Program-made: the position numbers and the translations under genes
Shown here: in pieces, positions 50,984 to 59,061 of the stretch
How positions within the stretch are numbered: the stretch's first letter is position 1
Layout: the number at the start of each line of letters is the position of its first letter
Notes under the pieces: generated by a model
Seen by the model: the letters and a program-made list of their open reading frames with translations, nothing else
Database searches by the model: none
What the model was told of the DNA's origin: nothing
Source: a virus
Taxonomy: Duplodnaviria; Caudoviricetes
Virus record (IMG/VR): IMGVR_UViG_3300031992_000051
Coordinates: 1 to 64,000 of that record
Direction: 5' to 3' (one strand)
DNA length: 64,000 bases

Positions 50984-51522
50984 TGCTTTTTCCTCCAGCA
51001 GCCGTCGGGGACGCCGCTCCACTCGGGGAGCTCGGACGCCTCGACGGCGGTGACTACGGACTCGAAGGTGGCGGCGGCCCGGCAGATGCCGGACAGGTCG
51101 TCGTCCGGGATGCGGCGCCTGCGGCCCTGGAACCGCTCGGCGATCCACTGGAGGTTCCCCGTGCAGGTGAGGCACACGTTCCGGTCGTGCTGCCTGCACT
51201 GGCGGCACACCGCGAGCCGGCGGACCATCTCGTCGTACGGGACGATGTTCTTCTGGAAGTACGGGACCGCGTTGGTCCGGGCCTCCTTCATCGTGAACGT
51301 CTTGCGCCCGCCCTCCGTGCAGTACCAGTCCGGCATGTCGGGGCACATGTACACGGCGACGGCGTCCTCGGGGACGGCCCTCACGCCGTGCCTCTCGAAA
51401 AGCGCCGTGACGAGGCCACGCATCGTGAACCAGTCGCGGGCCTCCACCCTCTCGCCGTTCAGCTCGAAGTAGAACTTGCCGCCGGGCGGCGGGCACATGA
51501 CGGACTTGAACCTCGCGCTCAC
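50980..51522 (-). CDS. Cys-rich hypothetical protein
   Basis: GTGA/ATGA overlaps; PPPGG...RRLAVCRQC...CLTC...PDGCW. Confidence 0.7.
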   Translation of the reverse strand: MSARFKSVMCPPPGGKFYFELNGERVEARDWFTMRGLVTALFERHGVRAVPEDAVAVYMCPDMPDWYCTEGGRKTFTMKEARTNAVPYFQKNIVPYDEMVRRLAVCRQCRQHDRNVCLTCTGNLQWIAERFQGRRRRIPDDDLSGICRAAATFESVVTAVEASELPEWSGVPDGCWRKKQ

Positions 51523-52019
51523 CTCTTCCCCACCTTCCTCGAAACCGTGACCGCGGTCTTCTTCTGCGTCTGGAACCCCGACTTCTTCAGGATGTCCTCG
51601 GCCGCCTTGACGGCCTCCTCCCGCACGGGCGTCTCGTGGCCCAGCGGCATCGGGGCCTCCTCGCGGACGGGTTCGACCCTCGCGTCGGACGGCGGAGGGA
51701 GCGGCGACACCCCGTTGCGCATGTGCATGAAATAGAGGTACTCCTCGCGGGACGTCGGGACGTGCGGGTTGAATCCCCCCATCGCCCAGACCTTGCCGTT
51801 CTCGTCCGTCACGTGCTTCAGCACCTTCCCCGTCCAGAAGCACATCGTCGGGGCCGTGCCGGGCGCGTGCGGCGACACGGGCGAGTACGTCTCCGGCGCG
51901 AAGAACTGCGGGGGCTTCCCCGACCTCACGCGCATGAACGTCTCCACGGGCTCGTCCGTGTAGGGGTTGACGATCCCCTGGAACGCCTTGCCGTTGCACT
52001 TGTACGTCTGCTGGAACAT
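51519..52019 (-). CDS. Hypothetical protein
   Basis: GGAG RBS; typical codon usage. Confidence 0.7.
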   Translation of the reverse strand: MFQQTYKCNGKAFQGIVNPYTDEPVETFMRVRSGKPPQFFAPETYSPVSPHAPGTAPTMCFWTGKVLKHVTDENGKVWAMGGFNPHVPTSREEYLYFMHMRNGVSPLPPPSDARVEPVREEAPMPLGHETPVREEAVKAAEDILKKSGFQTQKKTAVTVSRKVGKR

Positions 52020-52028
52020 TCCGCTCTC

Positions 52029-52445
52029 CTAGTTGTACAGGGGGATGGTCGGCGCGAGCCGCCCGTCCCACTTCAGTTTTCCGTTCTCGAACTCGTAGAG
52101 GACGATCGAGGCCGCGGCGGTGTTGTCCGCGTTCTTCGACACCTCGGCGGTGAACCCGCCCTCGCCGTCCGCCTTCACGTGGACGTACACCGTGGCGGAG
52201 CCGCTGATCGCCCCGAGCGTCGTGGCCTCCACGTCGACCTTCACGAGACCGCAGTACACCCAGCCCTCGCCGACCTTCCATCCATCGGTCTTGCTCTTCG
52301 AGAGGGCGAACAGCGCGGCGTGGCTCCCGGCCACGTCCGCGTCGAACTTCACTCCGGTGTCTCCGGCCGAGAAGGACGGAGTCATCATCGTGGGGGTCGA
52401 GCCGAAGCCCGGCGTCACTGGCGATACCATCAGACCGTCGGCCAC
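52029..52445 (-). CDS. Hypothetical beta-rich protein
   Basis: GGAGGT RBS; GTG start 1 nt after the upstream stop. Confidence 0.65.
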   Translation of the reverse strand: MADGLMVSPVTPGFGSTPTMMTPSFSAGDTGVKFDADVAGSHAALFALSKSKTDGWKVGEGWVYCGLVKVDVEATTLGAISGSATVYVHVKADGEGGFTAEVSKNADNTAAASIVLYEFENGKLKWDGRLAPTIPLYN

Positions 52446-52446
52446 G

Positions 52447-55400
52447 TCACACCTCCCACTCTATGTCCTCGGCCTGGTTGCCGGTCACCTCGACGTACTC
52501 GATGCTCGTCTTCGCACGCTGCACGAGGCGGAGGTGGACGGAGCCGGACGAGGGGATGACCTGGCACGACGTGCCCTCGATGAGCTTCTTATTCTGGATA
52601 TACGCGAGGACGGCGCTGTGCCAACCGCGCCCCATGATCTCCTTTATGTCGCGGGACACCGTCACCTGGCGGTAGCCCGTCACGGCGCCGGTCTCGTTGT
52701 CGAACACCGGGGTCATGTTGCACGACACGAGCGTGTAATCCCACTCGGCCTGCAAGGTCCAGTCATTAGCCTTGTCGACGTCCTTGCCGCCACTCGACAC
52801 GTCCCAGTGGAACATCGCGGAGTACTGGCCGTCATAGAGGCCGTACTGGTTCAGGACACACGATGGGGTGAACGACGCGGCGGAGGGCGCGTTGGTCGCG
52901 AGCCCGATGAGCCCAGTAGACTGGCACTTGGCGTCGAAGTACTGCTGCGCCGCGTCGCGGACGGCGTTGCGCTCCGTGATCGTCGCGTTCCTGAAATAGA
53001 ACGTCTTGCCCTCGACGAACTGCGTGCTGACCTCGTCGTCCCACGCCCGGTGGATCGGCGTGACCTTCGTCACCACCTCGTCGGCGGAACCGCCACGGTT
53101 GTAGTTGATCTGCTTGCCCATCGTGAGCAGGCCGTGCGATCCGCCCGTGAGCTCATCGAGCGCCGTCACGTCAGGCGACGACTTGTTGGCATCGGTCCGC
53201 ACCTCCGTCTTGCGGAAGTGGTCGGCCTCGAAGTTGATCCTCGCGTCGGGGACATTCTTCTCCGTCGTCGTGCGCGTCACCGTCTTCGCGAAGCCGTAGT
53301 CGTCGAGCTCCGAGGTCTTGGTGTGGTAGTAGCCCGTGCCCTTGGAGACGACGCCGGGATCGGTCTTGTCGACCTCGCCCTCGCTCATCTCCACCTCGTC
53401 GTTCACGGTCGAGTAGAGGTCCTGCGACCAGTAGGCGGAGTCCTCCTTCGCGGAGGCCTGTAGCTCCACCTTCGTGAAGTCGGTCGTGCCGCCGGGGTTG
53501 TACGAGTGGCTCTGGCTGCACCCGACGTTCGACTCGCCGGGGTCCTGCGCGGTCGTGGTGACGTTGCGGTCGACGGTCGTCGTGATGAGCCCGCGCCTCG
53601 TGCGGCGGTACTCGACGCGCGCCTGCTGCACGGCCTTCTCGGTCGTGGTGCGCGTCACCGTCTTCACGAAGCCGTAGTCGTCGAGCGTCGAGTCCTTGAT
53701 GACGGTCGTGCCGTCGGCGCGCGTCGGGGCGTTGTCGTCCACCTCGCCCGTCGACATGACGACCGCGTCGTCCACGTCCTCGAACTTCGTGCGCGCGTGG
53801 TGCGCGGCGTCCTTCTTCGAGGAGGCGGTGGGCTCCGTCACGGTGAGGTTGTAGCGCCCGCCCGGCGTCATCTCGTCGGACTGCGTGCAGCCGACGGCGG
53901 TCTCGCCGGGGTCGGCGGCGGTCGTCGCGGTGTTGCGCGTCACGGTCGTCTTGATGAGGCCGCGCGCCGTGCGGCGGTACGTGTGGCTCGCCACCTGCTC
54001 GGTCTCGGTCGTCGTGCGCTTCACCTTGCGGACGAAACCGTACTCGTCCATCTGCTCGTCGACCGTGCCGTAGCTGCCGTTCCCGGCCTCGGCGTGCTCG
54101 CTCGAGAGGGACGTCGCCATCGACACCACGTCGTCCGTGTGCTCGAACACGGTCTTCGCGCAGCGGCGGGAGTCGGGGTTGGAGCTCGCGGTGACGGTGA
54201 CGGTCGTGAGGTTGTACCTCCCGCTCGGCGTCTTCTCGTGGGACTTCGACTCGCCGGGGTGCCCCGTGCCGGGGTCGGTCGCGGCGGTCGTGACGTTGCG
54301 GTCGACGCGCGTCGTGACGAGCCCGCGCGTGGTGCGGCGGTACGAGAGCTGCGCCTCCGTCACCGGCTTCTCGGTCGTGGTGCGCTCGACGATCTTCGTG
54401 AAGCCGTACTCGTCGGTGTCGGCGGTCTTCGTCTGGTACGTGCCCGCGCCCGCGTCGGGGGCGGCCGCGTGGAAGCTGCTCGGTATTCCCTCGTCCGTCA
54501 TCGTGACGGCGTCGTCCACCTCCTCGAAGATGGTCTTCGCGCACCTCGCGGAGTCGGGCGTCGCGGAGGCCTCGACCTCCGTGACGGTGAGGTTGTAGAG
54601 CCCGCCAGGCGTCACCTCGTGCGCCTGCGTCTCGCCGATGCGCACGGGCTTCACGGCGGCAGTGGACGTGTTGCGGGTGACGGTCGTCGTGATCGTCCCG
54701 CGCAGGGTCTTGCGGTAGGTCTTCCCCGCCTCGTGCTCGTTCTCCTTCGTGGTCGTCTCGGTTCGCGTGACAGAGCCGTTCCTGTTCAGCTCGGAGGACT
54801 TCTCGTAGACGTAGCCGCCGCCCGCCGCCCTGACGTGCGCGGTCGGGTCGACCGTGCCTGCCGGGTCGGTCGTCGACTTCGAGTCGACGTGCGAGAACAC
54901 GTCGGAGCGGCACGTGGCGCGGATGTCGAGCGCGCCCGTCGTGCGGTCCACCTCGACCACCGTGACGTCGTAGAGCCCGCCGGGCGTCCGCTTGTTGACT
55001 ATGGTCTTGCCGATGTTGGCGATCGCGAACGCGGGCGCGGAGCCCGCGGCCGACGCTGGCTGGTTGCGGTCGGTCTTCGTGTGGGTCACGCCGTCGAGCG
55101 AGACCTCCCACCGCTCCTCCGCCTTCTCGACGCCCTTCTCCTGCTCGACGGTGAGGGTCTGCGTGACCGCGCCCTCCTCGTCCATGTCGGTGTCACGGGA
55201 GACGATCTTGCCGCCGACCCCGCCGCCCTCGACGTGGTCGTCGTCCTCCGGCATCGTCGCGCCGCCCGTCGTCTTCGAGTCGACGTGGGAGAAGAGGTCC
55301 TCCTTGCAGCGGTCGCCCGCGACGACCGGATCGGTCCTGTCGAACGTGGTGACGGTGTTGTTGTAGAGCCCGCCCGGCGTCTTCTCGTACCGGGCCGCGC

Positions 55401-56481
55401 CCCCGACCTCCACGTCGGTCGTGCTGACGGGCGCGGACTGGTTGGTGTTGACGACGGTGGTGCGCTTGCCCTTGCGGCCCACGCGCACCTCGACGGAAGA
55501 CTGGCTCACCGGGCGCTCGACCTTCACCTTGCGCTGCACGGTGAAGGTGCCGTCCGGCTGGAGCTGCGAATCATAGTCGCGAATGACACCGCCGGAGGCG
55601 TCGGGCGCGATGCCGAGCGGCACGACCGCGCCGGTCGCCGCCTCCTCGTGCTGGCCCTCGTACTGCGTGTGGGTGGACGAGTCGCGGACGGTCGCGGCCT
55701 TGTTGGACTCCCTCACGACCTGGAACTTGAGCGTGCAGTCGGCGTTCTCGAGGAGGCCCTCGATCCGCACCGACGTGCCGCCGGACGTGCCGGCCGCGGG
55801 GATGTCGAGGAGCGCTCCCGTCTGGTCGACGTACCGTCCCGACGAGTCGGTGTACACGTTGTCCCACAGCTCGTGCGTGACGATCTTCGTCGCGTCGTCC
55901 TGCACGGTTGTCTCGGGGACGTGCTGCGTGAGCGCGACGCGCTTCACGACCTGGTAGTCGAACGTCCCGTCCTCCTTGCGGTTGACGGCGGCGATCGCGT
56001 AAGTGACGCCCTGCCCGCCTTCGGGGATGTCCTCGATGTCGCCCGCGTCCCACACGTAGTCGGTCTCGACCGTCTCCGAGCAGGAGCTCGACGACCCGAG
56101 CTTGTACGCGTCCTTGTTGTCGAACTCGACGAGGTCCTGGATGAGGGTGTACGTCGCGTCCGGCCTCACCGCGCCGACGGCGGCGGCCTGCGCGTCGCGC
56201 TGCCACAGGGTGAGGGTCGGGCGGTACGCGGTCTCGAAGTCGACGCCGTTCGCGATGACGCCGGTGTACGGGGCCTGCTCGAGGAGGAAGTCGATGGCGG
56301 GCTTCACGAACGCCCACGGCACGCCCTCGAGGAACCGGCGTATGCGCGTCGGTATCTCCTTGCGCGTCCCGTCCTTCCTCAGCCGCAGGCGCTTCGAGAG
56401 CACCTGCAAGCGCCACCTGTCCTTGGCGGAGGTGATCCAGGCCCTGGCCTGTTCGAGCTTTATGGAATCACGAGACTTCAT
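52447..56481 (-). CDS. Large Thr-rich repeat protein, putative tail/virion protein
   Basis: About seven repeats carrying TPGG.Y(N/D) and D.YGF.K.V.RTTTE; start set downstream of the promoter (ATG 56481, alternative 56496). Confidence 0.75.
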   Translation of the reverse strand: MKSRDSIKLEQARAWITSAKDRWRLQVLSKRLRLRKDGTRKEIPTRIRRFLEGVPWAFVKPAIDFLLEQAPYTGVIANGVDFETAYRPTLTLWQRDAQAAAVGAVRPDATYTLIQDLVEFDNKDAYKLGSSSSCSETVETDYVWDAGDIEDIPEGGQGVTYAIAAVNRKEDGTFDYQVVKRVALTQHVPETTVQDDATKIVTHELWDNVYTDSSGRYVDQTGALLDIPAAGTSGGTSVRIEGLLENADCTLKFQVVRESNKAATVRDSSTHTQYEGQHEEAATGAVVPLGIAPDASGGVIRDYDSQLQPDGTFTVQRKVKVERPVSQSSVEVRVGRKGKRTTVVNTNQSAPVSTTDVEVGGAARYEKTPGGLYNNTVTTFDRTDPVVAGDRCKEDLFSHVDSKTTGGATMPEDDDHVEGGGVGGKIVSRDTDMDEEGAVTQTLTVEQEKGVEKAEERWEVSLDGVTHTKTDRNQPASAAGSAPAFAIANIGKTIVNKRTPGGLYDVTVVEVDRTTGALDIRATCRSDVFSHVDSKSTTDPAGTVDPTAHVRAAGGGYVYEKSSELNRNGSVTRTETTTKENEHEAGKTYRKTLRGTITTTVTRNTSTAAVKPVRIGETQAHEVTPGGLYNLTVTEVEASATPDSARCAKTIFEEVDDAVTMTDEGIPSSFHAAAPDAGAGTYQTKTADTDEYGFTKIVERTTTEKPVTEAQLSYRRTTRGLVTTRVDRNVTTAATDPGTGHPGESKSHEKTPSGRYNLTTVTVTASSNPDSRRCAKTVFEHTDDVVSMATSLSSEHAEAGNGSYGTVDEQMDEYGFVRKVKRTTTETEQVASHTYRRTARGLIKTTVTRNTATTAADPGETAVGCTQSDEMTPGGRYNLTVTEPTASSKKDAAHHARTKFEDVDDAVVMSTGEVDDNAPTRADGTTVIKDSTLDDYGFVKTVTRTTTEKAVQQARVEYRRTRRGLITTTVDRNVTTTAQDPGESNVGCSQSHSYNPGGTTDFTKVELQASAKEDSAYWSQDLYSTVNDEVEMSEGEVDKTDPGVVSKGTGYYHTKTSELDDYGFAKTVTRTTTEKNVPDARINFEADHFRKTEVRTDANKSSPDVTALDELTGGSHGLLTMGKQINYNRGGSADEVVTKVTPIHRAWDDEVSTQFVEGKTFYFRNATITERNAVRDAAQQYFDAKCQSTGLIGLATNAPSAASFTPSCVLNQYGLYDGQYSAMFHWDVSSGGKDVDKANDWTLQAEWDYTLVSCNMTPVFDNETGAVTGYRQVTVSRDIKEIMGRGWHSAVLAYIQNKKLIEGTSCQVIPSSGSVHLRLVQRAKTSIEYVEVTGNQAEDIEWEV

Positions 56482-56497
56482 GGGGGAAAACGCCATA

Positions 56498-56526
56498 ATT
56501 ATACCATATCGAGACGTGCGGGTCAA
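56498..56526 (-). promoter_or_regulatory. Class II promoter
   Basis: TTGACC-N17-TATAAT with TGg. Confidence 0.85.
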
Positions 56527-58352
56527 TCGCGGCAGGCGTAGCCCTCGTCCTCGGGGAACCCGCCCGCCCACGTCTCCTCGGCCGGCACGGAGATCAGGGG
56601 CTTCACGGGCTGGACGGAGACGAGGGCCTGCGGCTCCATGACGGGCATCGAGCCGAACGGGGAGACGCCGAGGCGCTCCTTGACGATGAGCGCCGCGAGC
56701 GCGCACGCGTCGCACTCGTCCGGAGACTTCTTGAACCGGACCTTGAATACCTTCTTCTCCTCGAGCCGGAGCGGGGAGACGACCGCGCCCGTCGCGCCCC
56801 TCGTCGCGAACCGCCGGGTCGTGAGCGCCCGCAGCGCCTCGAGCGGGAGCCCGCGCACCATCCCCGCCTTGCAGAAGTCGGCGAGGACGCACCACGCCTC
56901 CGTGCCCCTGTCGTACACGACGTCCTTCGCGGGGCGCGGGTCGTTGGCCCGCATCGGGGTGTCGGACGCCCTCACCGAGTTGTTCACGCCGAGGCAGTCG
57001 GCGCCCGCGTAGATGAGGAGGTCGTCGGCGAGGCCCTGGTTCGCGGACGAGTCGACGGCCGTGTTGTAGAACGACGCCTCGTAGGGCTTGCGCATGATGT
57101 CGATCACCTGGTCGCGCATCTGCTGGACGGGCGGGCGCGGGTCGGTCGCGTGGATCTGTAGCCGCTGGAGCCCGTTCGTGAAGTCGAGGTAGGGGCGCCC
57201 CACCACGTCCCGGCGGAGGAAGCACCTCGCGCGGACGGCCCCGTCGCCTCCCTCCGACCACGCGGGGTCGATGCCGGCCGCGACCGCGACGATCGGGTCG
57301 GGCGAGTAGAGGTCGACCGTGTCGGTCACGTGGTTCTGGGCGGCGGTGCGGACGTCGAGCACCGTCGGGACGTTCGAGCCGGACGGGACGGGGAAGCCCC
57401 GCACCATCTGCCAGTAGACGGGCGCGTCCTCGTTCCCGTCGCAGTCGGCGAGGTTCGCGTCCACGACCTCCTTCGTTATGAGGAACGGGAACTCCTTCGA
57501 GGTCTCCGGCTTCACCACCGTTATGCACTTGAGGCCGTCGTGGTGCCGGACCAGGAACCCGCGCGTCGACGTCCAGAGCCCGGTGTTCACGTCCACCGAC
57601 GCGGCGCCGCCAGGCGGCACGCAGTACTGGCACGACTCGTCCTCCCACGACGCCGGGTTCGCGAGGGCGAAGAACCGGAAGTCCTCCGCGCCCACGCGGA
57701 GGTTCTGCATCGCCTTCTTAATGTTGTCGTGGTGGGTGATGGTCGCGAGCTCGTCGATGACAAGGCGGACGTACCGCGCGTGCGCGCCCTGCAACTTGCC
57801 GGAGTCCTCGCTGTCGTTCACGGCGACGCCGACGATCCCGGCCTTCTCGCCGATCGACTCGGGCGAGTCGTCCGCGTCGTCGTTCAGGATCGCGTAGCCG
57901 GACTTGGAGAACTTGCCCGGGACGGCGAGCCCGAGCTTGTTGCGGCGGAGCGCCGCGAAGTACGTGACGACCGCGTTCCACGACCGGGACTTGAGGGACT
58001 GCTTGTCCGTCGAGCCGAGGCGGATCACCGTGTCGAACGGGTCGGTGATCCAGTCGAGGAGCATCAGGAGGCCGTAGTCGTTCGACTTGCCGCACGAGGC
58101 GCACCCCCACGTGATGCAGCCCTTCTCGGCCATCACCCAGTCGTGGAAGTGCTCCTCCGTCCAGGGCGGGACCTTGAAGTACTGCTCGGGTATGAGGGCC
58201 TTCGCGGCGTCGAGCATGGGGACCCAGGGGTCCTTGAACTCGACGCCGTACTGCGCCTTGAACTGCCGCCACTTCTTCGCGACCGTGAGGTCGATGAAGG
58301 CGTCGTGCATCTCGGCGGGCCAGTCGACCCCGTGTCTCCACTTGTACGTCAC
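56523..58352 (-). CDS. terL: Terminase large subunit
   Basis: Walker A GCASCGKS, Walker B LVIDE, ALANP coupling motif, nuclease GIDPAWSEGGD and KSPDECDA; GTGA overlap start. Confidence 0.9.
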   Translation of the reverse strand: MTYKWRHGVDWPAEMHDAFIDLTVAKKWRQFKAQYGVEFKDPWVPMLDAAKALIPEQYFKVPPWTEEHFHDWVMAEKGCITWGCASCGKSNDYGLLMLLDWITDPFDTVIRLGSTDKQSLKSRSWNAVVTYFAALRRNKLGLAVPGKFSKSGYAILNDDADDSPESIGEKAGIVGVAVNDSEDSGKLQGAHARYVRLVIDELATITHHDNIKKAMQNLRVGAEDFRFFALANPASWEDESCQYCVPPGGAASVDVNTGLWTSTRGFLVRHHDGLKCITVVKPETSKEFPFLITKEVVDANLADCDGNEDAPVYWQMVRGFPVPSGSNVPTVLDVRTAAQNHVTDTVDLYSPDPIVAVAAGIDPAWSEGGDGAVRARCFLRRDVVGRPYLDFTNGLQRLQIHATDPRPPVQQMRDQVIDIMRKPYEASFYNTAVDSSANQGLADDLLIYAGADCLGVNNSVRASDTPMRANDPRPAKDVVYDRGTEAWCVLADFCKAGMVRGLPLEALRALTTRRFATRGATGAVVSPLRLEEKKVFKVRFKKSPDECDACALAALIVKERLGVSPFGSMPVMEPQALVSVQPVKPLISVPAEETWAGGFPEDEGYACRD

Positions 58353-58690
58353 GGGACCTTCTTGAGCCCCCTGATGATCGCCTCCGCGATCTCGCCCGCG
58401 GCCTCGCCGCCCGCCACGATGATCTGCGTGTGGTTCGTGGAGACGTCGGAGTTGAGGTCGTTGAGCGCGAGGGAGACGACGTTCGTGCCGATGGTGACGC
58501 CGAGCGACCCGAACGACGTCCATACGCCGTACGAGTAGTAGCTCGCGTCCCACCCGCCCTCGACGATGCAGACGACGTTCGTCTGCCCCGGCGGGACGTA
58601 CACGACGGGGTCGTGCTTGTGGACCGAGATGGAGCGGCAGCCAAGCGCGAGCAGGGCCGCCGCCACGCACCCGAACACGACGCGCTTCAT
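58349..58690 (-). CDS. Lipoprotein (possible spanin component or exclusion protein)
   Basis: Lipobox MKRVVFGCVAAALLALGC. Confidence 0.7.
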   Translation of the reverse strand: MKRVVFGCVAAALLALGCRSISVHKHDPVVYVPPGQTNVVCIVEGGWDASYYSYGVWTSFGSLGVTIGTNVVSLALNDLNSDVSTNHTQIIVAGGEAAGEIAEAIIRGLKKVP

Positions 58691-59028
58691 CAGTCGAGCT
58701 CCAGGTCGAACCACTTCTCGAGGTAGTGCTTGAGGCCCTTCCAGCCGATGCCGAAGAGCGAGAAGCCGTTCCAGAGGAGGCTCACGCCCACCCCGCTCTG
58801 CTTCGGGACCCACTTGTCGACGGTCGCCCCGAACACGGCGTTGAGGTTCTGCTCCTCCGTCGCGTCGACGTTCCCGTCCTTGAACGAAGCGATCCACGTC
58901 TGGCCGATGGCCGCGACGTCGCCTCCGACTTCGAGGGCCACCTTAGTGTTCTTGTCCTCGAAGCTCTTCTTCGCCGCCTTCTTGACGAGGGCCGCGTAGA
59001 TCTTCTTGATGATGTCGTTGCTGTTCAT
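58690..59028 (-). CDS. Hypothetical protein with amphipathic C-terminus
   Basis: AAGGAG RBS, downstream of a promoter. Confidence 0.7.
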   Translation of the reverse strand: MNSNDIIKKIYAALVKKAAKKSFEDKNTKVALEVGGDVAAIGQTWIASFKDGNVDATEEQNLNAVFGATVDKWVPKQSGVGVSLLWNGFSLFGIGWKGLKHYLEKWFDLELD

Positions 59029-59049
59029 AGGATTCTCCTTTGCGCGTCT

Positions 59050-59058
59050 ATTATACCA
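59050..59058 (-). promoter_or_regulatory. Class II extended -10 promoter (no good -35)
   Basis: TGGTATAAT in the intergenic gap. Confidence 0.65.
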
Positions 59059-59061
59059 AAA

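Noticed and set aside
53050-55700. CRISPR-like array from the periodic repeats (also 14105-14245 and 47359-47454)
   Set aside because: The repeats are in-frame and lie inside coding sequences, without an identical repeat/unique spacer structure.
56482-57648. N-terminal extensions given by the ORF track (52447..57648, 43078..45687, 48461..51496, 56523..58670, 15620..17575, 742..1902)
   Set aside because: They overlap real upstream genes in another frame. RBS, promoters and stop-start overlaps support the shorter starts used.
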